A stretch of DNA of 63,446 bases, filler included, from Octopus bimaculoides (taxonomy: Eukaryota): NCBI RefSeq assembly GCF_001194135.2. It is 4 parts of 4 records of this genome, joined end to end, with 100 filler letters (N's around TTAATTAATTAA, not from the genome) between each part and the next. Parts side by side here need not be neighbours in the genome. Positions count along the whole stretch, not along the records: positions 28,345 to 53,272 come from NC_068988.1; positions 53,373 to 59,646 come from NW_026312452.1; 2 more parts are not named here. The stretch is one strand, 5' to 3'. Position 1 is the first letter of the stretch, and each line of letters starts with the position of its first letter. Shown piece by piece: positions 42,465 to 54,690 of the stretch. The notes below the pieces were generated by a model. The model made no database searches, was not told where the DNA came from, and worked only from the letters and a program-made list of their open reading frames with translations. The position numbers were made by a program, and so were the translations under genes.

Positions 42465-42860
42465 GAGTAAGCACATAAATGTGAAACAAAGTGGAAAATA
42501 TAGTACTCGAATACCAGAGGTAGAGTAATATGCTTTATTAAAAAGCAGCAAAAATATTTAAAAAACTGTTACTCAGAGTTTCACATTCCCGTTCGTCAGA
42601 CAGTTTTGTTTAGAGTGGAACAGAAATAAGATTATAAGAAAATATAAAATTAGTTTAATGGATACACATTTGAAAATGGTTTTGTTTCATTGGTCCTTTC
42701 AACTAATGGTCTTAAAGCATGCAATGAACAAAATTCAGTATAAAATCATTTTATTATAAAATTGAAGAAAACTTTAATCCGAAGGAGAGAGTCTAAATAC
42801 ATAAAGTAAATAATTATATGTAAAATGTAAATCAATTAATATATGAAAAGTTATATCCAT
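42465..42860 (-). mobile_element. Penelope-type terminal repeat (pLTR) fragment
   Basis: 42466-42558 is nearly identical to 46401-46492 upstream of the Penelope ORF. It also contains the hammerhead at 42562-42607 and an AATAAA downstream on the minus strand. Confidence 0.65.
42562..42607 (-). ncRNA. Minimal type I hammerhead ribozyme in a Penelope-type 3' repeat
   Basis: AAAACUGU-CUGACGA-ACG-GGAA-UGU-GAAA-CUCUGAG-UA^ACAGUUUU: 8-bp stem I, intact core, palindromic stem III. Confidence 0.75.
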
Positions 42861-43366
42861 TTAAAGAATTAAAAGTTTAAAATGTTCATGCTGAATTATA
42901 TATACATTTAACAGCATATTCCCATACTAAACCATCTATAATATACATATATACACTAAAACATACAGGCACATGTACATAGTTATATACATATATAGGT
43001 GAGATATAAATATATATACAAGTACATATATATATATATGTACACACACATGCACACGCACAAAATCTCCTGGCATATGCATATACAGGTCAGTTGTTAC
43101 AGATGAAATAGAAAGTATACATTAAGTATAGGGAGGAGGAAGAGAAAAGGAAAAAAGAAAAAGAAACAGAAACAGAAAACAAGTGAGAGAAGAGAGAGAA
43201 AAAAAGGTTCAGGACATAGGATGCGAAGTAAAGACCTTAGCGAGCATGAAAAAGATGCTTCATAAATTTTGCACAACAAATGCACACATAAAATTACATA
43301 TATATATATATACAATACATGCTCACATAAATATAAGTATACACACATATACATATACATCTATGT

Positions 43367-43397
<31 letters not shown>

Positions 43398-43602
43398 CAT
43401 ACACATATATTTACACACATACACACCTGCACATACATGTGCTTACCTACAATACATGCAAACACATAAAAATAAATATATAGTGACATCTACATCATAA
43501 CGCATGTATAAAAACAATTTTAAAAAAGCTGCTCAGTGTATATAATATTAAAAATTCGGATGAGACAGCATTACAAAATGCTGCACCATATATGAAACTA
43601 TC

Positions 43603-44010
43603 CCTTTTACTCTTTTACTTGTTTCGGTCATTTGACTGTGGCCATGCTGGAGCACCGCCTTGAATCAAACAAATCAATCCCAGGACTTATTCTTTGTAAG
43701 CCTAGTACTTATTCAAGTGGTCACTTTTGCCGAACCACTAAGTTACGGGGACATAAACACACCAGCATCAGTTGTCAAGCGATGTTGGGGGGACAAACAC
43801 AGACACACAAACATACATACACACATACATATATATATACATATATATGACGGGCTTCTTTCAGTTTCCGTCTACCAAATCCACTCACAAGGCTTTAGCC
43901 GGCCCGAGGCTACAGTAGAAGACACTTGCCCAAGGTGCCATGCAGTGGGACTGAACCTGGAACCATGTGGTTTGTAAGCAAGCTACTTACCACACAGTCA
44001 CTCCTATGCC
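43603..44010 (-). mobile_element. SINE family A
   Basis: Reverse complement of the 53849-54268 type. Confidence 0.85.
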
Positions 44011-44279
44011 TATCTATAAATTTGATGTAATAATTGAATAGGTATGTAAANNNNNNNNNNNNNNNNNNNNNNNNNNNNNNNNNNNNNNNNNNNNNNNNNN
44101 NNNNNNNNNNNNNNNNNNNNNNNNNNNNNNNNNNNNNTTAAAGAAAGAGCTGAAATATATTCAATATCGTTGCGATGCAAAATAACCATACACTGCAAAG
44201 ACAAATTCAAAAGTGGTAGCCAAAAATATTTTGAAAGTCAAAACATATTACCCATATGGTATTTTTTCAGTTGACATTA

Positions 44280-46345
44280 AAATTTTGTTGCATGCCTGCA
44301 GGAATTTAAGAGCTCACGTCTCTAGTTCAAGGCGTTTTTATCCTGGAATAGGATAAAGAATTTTTCCGAAAGGCAAAAGTCACATTTCATAGGTCTTTTA
44401 TAAGCTCCATGTCTGTAAGCTGGTGCTTTATCTAAGATTTTTCCATTTTGCATTGAAAGGATGGGCTTCATTCTCTTCCAGTTCCCAGAATGCTTTGCAA
44501 GACTAGTCGCTGTCCTGCTTTTGGGGTACCAGGAAGAATTTCTGTGAGAATAAAATCGAGCCTTGAAAGAATTTTCTGAAGCCCCTGTATATGTTTTATA
44601 TTCTTGTGAGCCTTCTATTTGCACTTTGGCTCTATAAACACTACCTTTTATGAGACATTTTCCTTCCAACGGACAGCAGGTCTCATCTTTGAAGTTACAA
44701 TTCCTTGGATTAGAATCAACACTGCTGTTATCTGTAATAATTTTAGTATTGAGCTGGCTAATAAAAGAGGCAAAGTTTTGCAACAAGAATAGCTAGTCTT
44801 CAGCGTTCTCCTATTAAATATTCTATTGAACTTATGGCTAGGATGAAAATGCTTAGAGACTAATTTTAAGAATTCCCTACCTATATTAGTTTTTATGGCC
44901 ATATTGAATGCTGGGTTAAACCACAAAACTCTCCTAGTTCTAGTTCAATGTTTCATATTATTGCTAGCTTTTACTTGATTATACTGGATCTTCTCCAAGA
45001 ATCCACTTTTCCTTAATGTGTTATTTTAATAGGGTGCAGCATTTTGAAATGCTGTCTCATTCGAAGAAATTGATGATAGTTACCTATTTTCATTACTAAC
45101 TAGGTTCCTAAGAATAATGGGTGGATGATTAAATTCTTTGCTAATATAACGTAACTTTTCATTAGGCTTACGGTAAGGTTTAAATTTATCTAACTGTAAA
45201 TCTAAATTGATATAAAAAAAAATCTATGCTTTTAAGATTACTTTCTATTGTAATCTGCAAGCCCATCCTTTGGAATAAAGCAATCAGATCCTTCCTAAGC
45301 TTATCTAATTCATAGCCATTTAAATTGTGGGTGACTATAAGGCCATCATCCCTATATAATCCTGCATTTATAAAAGGGAATTCTAGATTTAGATTATGCA
45401 AAATATAAGCTTCTATAAGCACACATAACTCAGCCCCACTGTATGCCCCCATCGATTTCCTTGAATGCAGGATAATATCTATTTCCAAGTCATCGATGGT
45501 GACATACTGCTTGGCGAAGTCTAATGCTTTTAGAAGCAAAATCCTGGATATTGATGGGTAAAAGTCAACAATATCAAACTGTGTAAATTTGCAGTTATGC
45601 TTATGGCTAATCCCTTTAAACCAATCTATCACTGACTTGCTATTTTTCCAAATCCATAGATTTAATTCACTATCTAGCTTACTTAAAATATGATCTAAAA
45701 TGTATTTGCTAATAATACCTATTTCAGTTTTAGCAGGATTAATCAGTCTACATTTAGGGTTTCTATTAAAATTGGCTTTATAGTCTTTTAGTGTAATAAA
45801 GGAGTGGCGTGGTGGTGGGGGGGGATATTCTATCCTATCACTAACTTTAAGATTGTTAGCAATTCTTCTTGCCTCCAAATTCACCTCTTGTATAAATTTG
45901 TGTTGTCTTTTTTGTATGTGTCTGTGACGCTGTTCGAAATTAGAAGCTTATAAACGTCCTTATCAACTGCATATAAGTTTTTTGCCTTATCAGAGTTCAT
46001 GAAGATCTTATTCGAGTTCTTTATGTCTCTAATTTTATTCTTCATATCTCTCTGTAGTTGGTTGCTGAATTTATGGAATTTAAGTTTTCTAACGAAGAGC
46101 TCTTTTCCAAAGGCTTCTATTTCCAGAATAGGTGGTGGATTTTTGGAAGATTTAAGTTCGTATTTGCTTCCATTAGTTTTCTGCTTTGTATCAAAGAAAA
46201 AGGCTTTTCATCTCAATCTTCAAATAAACTCTTCTGTTTTTTTTTCTATAAGACTTTTGAGCTATTGCTTCTGTGTAGGGATGGGTATATGTTTTAGACA
46301 AAAATCTAATGGGTAAAGTTCCATTTCTTTCAGCTGTTTCTTCTT
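44280..46345 (-). mobile_element. Penelope-like retroelement, decayed RT + GIY-YIG ORF
   Basis: ORF pieces contain FITLKDYK..NPKCRLINPAKTEIG, FDIVDFYPSI, MGAYSGAELC, GLYRDDGL, WFNPAFN, and CPLEGKC..VYRAKV..YTGASENSFKARFYSH. Confidence 0.9.
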
Positions 46346-46400
46346 CCTACTTGAGTAGAGTCACTCAAACTTCCTAAAAAAGGAGTGGGTTACACCAAAG

Positions 46401-46492
46401 TAAGCACATAAATGCAAAACAAAGTGGAAAAAATAGTACTCGAATACCAGAGGTAGAGTAATATACGTTATTAAAAAGCAGCAGAAATATCA
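46401..46492 (-). repeat. Second copy of the Penelope-type terminal repeat segment
   Basis: Direct repeat of 42466-42558 (taagcacataaatg...gtactcgaataccagaggtagagtaat). Confidence 0.7.
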
Positions 46493-46584
46493 CAATATGT
46501 CTATATATGAATATAACCATGTAGATGCGTCTGTATGTTTTAGTGTCACCCATACCAACGTCTCTTCATTGAACACTAAACTTG

Positions 46585-46978
46585 GCTTGCGAAGACCTGT
46601 TGGGGCAAGCGAAAGCGAAATCGTGATGGCACCTGTACCAGTAGATCACTAAGAGCACCGTCTGAGCGTGATTGTTGCCAGAGCACCAGCTCCCTGGCTT
46701 CCGTGCCGGTGGCACGTAAATAGCACTATTTGAGCGTGATCGTTACCAACGTCGCCTTCCTGGCACTTGTGCCAGTGACACGTGAAAAGACATTCGAGCG
46801 AGTTCGTTGCCAGTACCGCTGGACTAGCTCCTGTGCAGGTGGCACGTAAAATACACCATTTCGAGCATGGCCGTTGCCAGTACCTCCTGACTGGCCTTCG
46901 TGCCGGTGGCACGTAAAAGCACCCACTACACTCTCGGAGTGGTTAGCGTTAGGAAGGGCATCCAGCTGTAGAAACTCT
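46585..46978 (+). mobile_element. LINE 3' UTR of the same family, cut by a gap
   Basis: Repeated gtggcacgtaaaagcac units followed by cccactacactctcggagtggtt...ggaagggcatccagctgtag. Confidence 0.7.
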
Positions 46979-47974
46979 NNNNNNNNNNNNNNNNNNNNNN
47001 NNNNNNNNNNNNNNNNNNNNNNNNNNNNNNNNNNNNNNNNNNNNNNNNNNNNNNNNNNNNNNNNNNNNNNNNNNNNNNNNNNNNNNNNNNNNNNNNNNNN
47101 NNNNNNNNNNNNNNNNNNNNNNNNNNNNNNNNNNNNNNNNNNNNNNNNNNNNNNNNNNNNNNNNNNNNNNNNNNNNNNNNNNNNNNNNNNNNNNNNNNNN
47201 NNNNNNNNNNNNNNNNNNNNNNNNNNNNNNNNNNNNNNNNNNNNNNNNNNNNNNNNNNNNNNNNNNNNNNNNNNNNNNNNNNNNNNNNNNNNNNNNNNNN
47301 NNNNNNNNNNNNNNNNNNNNNNNNNNNNNNNNNNNNNNNNNNNNNNNNNNNNNNNNNNNNNNNNNNNNNNNNNNNNNNNNNNNNNNNNNNNNNNNNNNNN
47401 NNNNNNNNNNNNNNNNNNNNNNNNNNNNNNNNNNNNNNNNNNNNNNNNNNNNNNNNNNNNNNNNNNNNNNNNNNNNNNNNNNNNNNNNNNNNNNNNNNNN
47501 NNNNNNNNNNNNNNNNNNNNNNNNNNNNNNNNNNNNATATATATATATATATATATACAAATAATCATAAAATGGAGAAAACCTCAGATTAACAAACACA
47601 TCGATTACACCACATTTATAGCTTATTTTTTAATAAGCAAAGTATGTTATAACAAATAGGTGATGCAACAAATCTTACGGCCGTTTTCGCATACGTTTCC
47701 AAATGCTGCCGATAAATAATTGTGAAAATATAATTCTTCATCTTCATAGGACATTCAGATCAAGGCATTTTCTGATTATTTGCATTCGGTTTCTGATAAA
47801 CTCTTATTTATCCTGTTGTTACCTGCACTCTACAAGCATAGTGTTCCTGCACTCCAATGCCTGGGGTTAGCATAGGTAATGGATACTGATAGTACATACA
47901 GATATTTTATCCTTTAGTCAGTTATTACAATTGCTAACTCTGTTTACACTGTATATATATATATAAATAAAAAA

Positions 47975-49220
47975 CAGGTGTTTGATAAAATAATGGAAAC
48001 ACCTTAAAATTTCACACAAATTAATTTTAATATGGGGTAGGACTGCCTTTGACAGCAATTTCAGCTTGAATTCTATTAGGTATGGACTTGTACAAAGTTT
48101 GAATTGTTTCCAAGGAAATTTTTGTCCATTCTTCAGCTAAAGCAGTCTCCAGTTCTTGTATTGATGATGGTGGATGATATTGCCTCCTTACTTGCTTTTC
48201 TAAAATGCACCATAAATGTTCAATAACATTGAGATCTGGGGACTGTGGTGGCCAGATATGATATTCAACTTCACTAGAATGTTCCTTGTGCAATTCAGTA
48301 ACAACTTTAGCTGTGTGAATTGATGCATTATTATCCTAAAAGATAGCGTTTCCCTCCGGAAACAGTTCCGCAACCATAGGATGAATTTGATCAGATAAAA
48401 TGCTTAAATAGTCTTGATTATTAATTCTGCCATGAAAGGAAACCATTGGGCTAACAGATTTCTAAGATATAGCCCCACCCCAGATCATCACAGATCCTCC
48501 TCCATATTTAACAGTTGGAAGAAGGCAGTCTGGGTCAAATGCTTCTTTTGGCTGTCTCCACTGGTATACTCGGCTGGTGGTTGTAAATAAGGTAATGGAT
48601 GACTCATCCAAGAAAATAACATTCTTCCACTGCTCTAGGGACCAATTCTGTAAGTTTTTATTCCACTCTAAACACTTTGCAATGTTTGTTTTTGAAAATA
48701 GTGGTTTTCTGATTGCAGCCTTCCTGTGAAATCTGGCTTTGTACAGCTCTCCGTGAACAGTTTTGTAAAAACTGTGTTCCCGGGGTGGTCTTTATACTCT
48801 GCAGTAATTTTGAGAGCTGTACTTTTTTGTGATCCTTGCTAACAATTCACGTAAGAGTCTGACAGTCCCTATCTGAAAGTTTTGGTTTCCTTCTGGAATT
48901 GTTTCGACGAGGGGGTTTTCGAAACAGCACTTCTTGATACACCAAACATTTCTGCTGTTTTCGTTACACTAGCACCTGCCATATGAGCATCAACAATTCG
49001 ATCTCTTTGAAAGTTCGATAGATTTGTCAGTTTAATGATTTTTTATTACTTTTTTCTGATCATATCTGAAAAGAAACACCAATTTTAGCAAAACATATTA
49101 AACAACACTAATAATAAATAAAAAAAACATAAAAATAAACAAGCTTTTGACGGTTTTATAGATATTTGAAAATCATGAGGCTATGATGCTAGGTGTTTCC
49201 ATTATTTTGTCCAATCCCTG
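47975..49220 (-). mobile_element. Full-length Tc1-like (DD34E) element, decayed
   Basis: ~30-bp TIRs CAGG(T/G)..T.GA.AAAATAATGGAAACACCT at 47975-48004 and 49191-49220. Motifs WPPQSPDLNVIEHLW and N-terminal LSNFQRDRIV..AGASVTKTAEMFGVSR. Confidence 0.92.
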
Positions 49221-49228
49221 TATATATA

Positions 49229-49920
49229 CAGGGTGTGTAAGACATTTGAGGACAGATTTATGTTTATAAAAAAAAAAACGATATATAATAACAGATCATA
49301 ACTTTATTTATCAAAAAATGCTATGAGAATAAAACTAAACCTTCTTTTCTATAATGTTATTCAATAAAACCACCTTCAGCTTCAACAACTGCTTCTATAT
49401 GAGATCTAAATCATCCACAAGCTCGAATCAAGTGGTCCTCATTCATTTTGAACATTACTCTGACTATGGCATCTTTCATAGAATCTTTGGTGTTATGGGG
49501 GTGTTCATTGACCTCTCTCTCAACAACGCTCTACGTGTAATAGTCCAATGGATTGAGATCTGGGGAATTAGGAGACCAAATGTTAGGGGTTATGTGATCA
49601 TGAACATTTTCAGCCATCTATTCCTATATTACTAGAGCCATGTATGATAGTGCAGTGTCTTACTGAAACACATATGGCCTTCCATTGCATACATCGTTTA
49701 TCCAGAGCTTAACAATTATTTCCAGGACCTTAATGTAGGCGGCAGAGTTAACTCTAAGGCCTTGTGGAAATAAGTAAGGAGGCATCACATGTCCCTCATT
49801 ACTGACAACCTCTAGAACCATGACAGTTGCTGAAAATTTTGTATGCATAACACTTGGAACTTCAGAAGGGTCTGCACATAACTATCTGTCATTTCTTCTG
49901 TTAACTTTTTGATCTTGGTC
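49229..49920 (-). mobile_element. maT/DD37D-type element, 3' half
   Basis: HTKFSATVMVLEVVSNEGHVMPPYLFPQGLRVNSAAYIKVLE..KLWI..NGRPYVFQ. Terminus CAGGGTG follows a TA run. Confidence 0.85.
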
Positions 49921-50799
49921 AAAGTTTTTCTTGTTTTACATCCTCATAACTTAGTACTTCAACAAAAAGACCATTAGAATAAGTACCACTCTTAAAAAAA
50001 TAAAAGTCTTAGGGTTAATTTATCTGACTAAATTTCTGCAGGGTGGTGCTCCAGCATGGTCACAGACTGAAACAAGTAAAAGACAAACGATAAAAGAAGA
50101 CTAGATAAAATGTTTGACAAGTAGTGGAAGAGTTATGCATAAGAAAAATATTCATCGAAACGAGTTGTTTCTAAAATGTCTAGTGGATCTAGTTAAATTG
50201 ATTCACAGAATCTGCATTTTTTTTTTAAAGGAAGTAAAAAATCTAAAATTCGGTTATATTGATATAGTTTTCCACTCTTATTGCTGTGAATCCATGATCT
50301 TGTGGAGAAAAAATTTGAGGAAAAATTTACAAAGGTTTAAAAATTTTTTAAAATGTATTCTTAGCTGATAGTGAGACAGCAGTGTCAACTTTAAGGTTGT
50401 ACCCTGTGAAATTTATAGTTTAGTGTCTGTGAAACAACCTGTTACCTGTGTTTACTTTATACATATTTCAGTATTATGTATACCTGTCATGTACATCATC
50501 ATTAATATATAAGTGTATGTGGATGTATGTATTCATATATAATTTTATATGTACATGTGAATCAATTTAACTAGATTCCATGCACACACAACATACAGTC
50601 ATGCACACATACCCACACACACATGAAAGCACATATATACCCCTCATACACACAACACACATACATGCACACACATATATGCACACATACACACATGCAC
50701 ACACACAACACCCACACATACATACACACATATACATGCATGCACACACACACATGTGTGGCCCAGATGCAAGTGAAGTGAAACACAACACAACATGCT

Positions 50800-50847
50800 G
50801 TTGTCATGGTAACAAGCTGTTAATGCCTCACTATCTGTTGATTGGCT
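50800..50847. promoter_or_regulatory. RFX X-box-like palindrome plus inverted CCAAT box
   Basis: GTTGTCATGGTAAC at 50800-50813 and GATTGGCT at 50840-50847. Motif match only. Confidence 0.35.
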
Positions 50848-51561
50848 AAAATTACCCAAATTTCCAAAGTTTAATTCCAAATAACATCAGATTCTTTAAT
50901 TTATGAGATAAAATAATTGGTTGATCGTAATTAAACTTCAGAGTTGCATCGATACACCAAAGCTGAAAGCAATCTGAGTAAAATTAAAGGGGGCTGATTT
51001 TGTGAATCAATTTAAGTAGATCCTGTCTTACTCATGTTAACATCAGTAACATTAGGTTAAAAATATATCCAAAACAGGTATTTTAGTCTATCAATATAAT
51101 ACTGAATACCATAAAATTTATAAATATTTATATTTCCAATAAATGAAATACAATTATCAATAACCAACATAAGCTTGGTGTTTTTGGTGATTTTTTTTTT
51201 GTATGTTTGGATAGATTTGGGATAAACTTAACCACATTTCATCTTCAAATTCTATCTCTCTCCTTCACTCTCTTCTCTGCCTCTAACTTTTCTTTCTTCC
51301 TCTTCCTCTTTCCCTCTCTCTCATTACATTAATATTAATTAATAAACCACTACTAAAGAACTTTCTTCTTTAAAAGAAATCTGAAATGTGTCAATGGCCA
51401 AATCTGCAGGCTTTATTTAAAATCCATGATTGATAGATTTAGAAGCTAATTCTTCTTTTGTTGATGATTTTTATATTTTTATTTACATTTTCTAAAAAAC
51501 ATTTACTTATTTATTTAAGCCCTTAGAAGCAAAGTGTAATTTTTTATTCCATACAATAACA

Positions 51562-51960
51562 GTGTATGTTTGACAAATGTTGCTTCCAAGAAATTTTCTT
51601 CACCTTCCTTAACATCCTGTTATTTGTTCCATTTAGTTTACTTTCATATATATTCAGCATTCAGATCCATATATCAATATACTTTCTATTGCACCTCTAA
51701 AAAGAACTGTATTTTGAGGTCATTAGATAGGTTTCATTCCCATAGTGCAGACATCTTGTTCACTACTGACCTTGTCAATTCAATTCTTACTCTCTTTGAA
51801 CTTTCTACCCACAATCCCAAATACTTCAAGTTATTTACATATTTCAAGTTTTCACCGTTTGATTATATAATTTCTTCTTATGGTTGATTGAAAAACCATA
51901 AACTCTGTCATTAATGTGTCGTACATCTATTTGAAGTTTCCTCAACTCACTGAAGCAGTA
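51562..51960 (-). mobile_element. Decayed RTE LINE fragment (inverted part)
   Basis: Remnants TEFMVF..NGENLKYVNNLKYLGLW, FRGAIESILIYGSECW, and NRMLRKVKKISWKQHL. Confidence 0.7.
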
Positions 51961-51974
51961 GTTGAAGTAGAAGA

Positions 51975-52210
51975 ATGTTTCTTGGGAGCAACATTTACTG
52001 AACAGTGAATAATATGGAAATATACTATTACTAATAGGAACCATGAAACAACGCAGACTTAAACAATGAACTATTTTTATAGCAACCAGTCAATGGCAAA
52101 AGAAGTGGCAGATCTTATCAAACTGATGTGCAGCAGTTGCTGAAGGATGCAATCTTTGAAATAAATTGTGTTGCAAAGTTGATGGAGGACCAAGAAGTGT
52201 TGATGTATAT
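51975..52210 (+). mobile_element. Decayed RTE LINE 3' fragment (sense part)
   Basis: SWEQHL.NSE*YGN..IGTMKQRRL..QPVNGKRSGRSYQT..QQL..LMEDQEV. Confidence 0.7.
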
Positions 52211-52589
52211 ATACAAGTGTGCTCAACATGACAAGACAAAAAAAAAACACCTTTTTTTTTTTCTAACATATTTTACTCAAATAAATTTAAAGGCACAAAT
52301 TACTTCTTCACCTAACTACAGATGTATTTTGAAATACATGAAAATTCGGCTGAATATAATTTCAGTCTGTATTTCTTTGCCATTTTTTAAAAACATGGTT
52401 TAATTATTATTAAAACACATTGATATACATTTTGTGATATAGTTGTGTGTCACAGTATATCATTTAGAAACTACTGAGCTATATTATATCCACATTCTTT
52501 CAACAAACATGAACAATGAATCTGTGATGTTATTGCATAAATCATATCAATACACAGGAAATATTGAATTCTATGAATTCTACGCTCGC

Positions 52590-52738
52590 CCATTGGGTAT
52601 TAGGAAGGGCATCCAGCTGTAAAAACCCTGCTGTAGCACACAATAGTCTAGAGTAGTTTTCTACTTGGTCAACTCCTATCAATTGTCCTACCCATGCATG
52701 CATAAAAGATGGATGTTAAACGATGATGATGATGATGA
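52590..52738 (+). mobile_element. Isolated LINE/SINE tail module ending in (GAT)n
   Basis: taggaagggcatccagctgtaaaaac...cccatgcatgcat...ggatgttaaacgatgatgat. Confidence 0.6.
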
Positions 52739-52919
52739 TATATATATAAATAGGAAAGTTGGTTATACATCATTAGATGTATACCTGACTTTCCTATATG
52801 AAATTAAAGAATATAACGGAACGCTGAACTCCAGACTATCAACTTAAACAACATTTATTCAGGTGGTTAATATATACATCTTTAGCTCTTGTTTGATGTT
52901 ACTACTTCTGTGTGTGTGA

Positions 52920-53200
52920 GCATTGTTGTTGGGACGTTGGTATGTAGATGTAAGCGAGCTGTCGAGCGTAAGTTCGAAAGATGAAGAGAGACAGCTAAAC
53001 ACGTCCATGCTCAATCGCTGGCCAGCAAGAAATAGACAGAATAGAAGCGGGAACGCTTGGTTGTTGAATTCCACGCATGCGCACAGCGTTACTACAGGGC
53101 TCCCTTGCCAGTGCGGAACCGCACGATAATATGAAATCTGTTGGAACGCCTGAGGCAGGATGGCCACCGAAAACCACCCACAAGATGTAGCACAAAACAC
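52920..53200. promoter_or_regulatory. CpG-rich non-repeat patch with an NRF1-like motif
   Basis: Many CpGs in an otherwise CpG-poor scaffold, and CACGCATGCGCA at 53072-53083. Confidence 0.3.
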
Positions 53201-53848
53201 ACACAAAGAAAAATCAAAGAAATGAATGTACACTTGTGAGATATATGCATGCAATGTTTCTGAAAGGAAAGANNNNNNNNNNNNNNNNNNNNNNNNNNNN
53301 NNNNNNNNNNNNNNNNTTAATTAATTAANNNNNNNNNNNNNNNNNNNNNNNNNNNNNNNNNNNNNNNNNNNNGCTGAGAAATCAACACTTAAAAGCCATA
53401 ATTTTAAGGAGCGATAAAAATTGTATGCCCTTTAGAAAATCCGTGTTTAAATAAAAATATAGTATATCAGTGTAAGGTAATAATTAATGAGCATAATTAT
53501 TATTATGTTGGTTCATCTGCTACAAGTTGGAAATCTATATTTCATAATCATTCTCATTCAAGTACAGAAGAAAAAGTAATTCTACAAATCTTAATAAATG
53601 CATTTGGGATTTAAAAGATAAGAACATTAAGTATGAATTACAGTGGTCCATTATTAGTTATGCACCATTGTACAATATTAGTAATTCTAAGTGTGATCTT
53701 TGCCTTGAAGAAATGTATTATATAATGATTTCTCAATTAATTTTATTGAATTTTAAAGGAAATTTTACAATAAGATGTTACTACAAATTTAGAAAGACAT
53801 TCAAATATTTCAATTATCAATTGAAATATAATAATGTTAATTCTTATA

Positions 53849-54010
53849 GGCACAGGAGTGACTGTGTGGTAAGTAGCTTGCTTACCAACCACATGGTTCT
53901 GGGTTCAGTCCCACTGCGTGGCACCTTGGGCAAGTGTCTTCTACTATAGCCTCGGGCTGACCAAAGCCTTGTGAGTGGATTTGGTAGACGGAAACTGAAA
54001 GAAGCCCGTC

Positions 54011-54062
<52 letters not shown>

Positions 54063-54268
54063 ATGTGTGTGTCTTTGTACCCCCACCATCACTTGACAAC
54101 CGTTGCTGGTGTGTTTACGTCCCCGTAACCTAGCGGTTCGGCAAAAAGAGACCGATAGAATAAGTACTAGGCTTACAAAGAATAAGTCCTGGGGTCGATT
54201 TGCTCGACTAAAGGCAGTGCTCCAGCATGGCTGCATTCAAATGACTGAAACAAGTAAAGAGAGTAAAG
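53849..54268 (+). mobile_element. tRNA-derived SINE (family A), full length with an internal (TA)n
   Basis: The head has A-box-like TGACTGTGTGGT and B-box-like GGTTCAGTCCC. The body is shared with 43603-44010, 36649-37003 and 7385-7812. Confidence 0.85.
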
Positions 54269-54659
54269 AAGGAGAAAGGTTAATATAATGAGCAAATAGC
54301 TAATTGTTGTGATGTAAAGTATCTAAGTATCTATTTATCATAACACAGAATTCTTATCTTTATTTTTTATTCTTTAGTTATCCAATGTCACCAATAGTTG
54401 TATACAAGAAAAGCCTTCTTTAGATTATGTTCCATTATCCATTGACATCACCAATAGTCGAATGCACAAATAGGTTTTCTTAAATATGTTTGTTTTTTAT
54501 TTTTATAAAACATTTTCGTTATCCAATAACATCACCATTTTTTGAATGAATGTCTTTTGGTGGAATTCGATTTAGGCATTCTTTGTTAGTGGTAAATATT
54601 TCAGATATTCAGTTTGAATTTCACGCATATTAATTTTAATAATATTTCATATATATATA

Positions 54660-54690
54660 CTAGCTGAATAACCCGACATTGTCGGGCAAT
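54660..54690 (-). mobile_element. Helitron-like 3' terminus
   Basis: Minus strand shows a CCCGAC-AAT-GTCGGG hairpin, 8 nt, then CTAG followed by T. The 5' end was not located. Confidence 0.45.
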
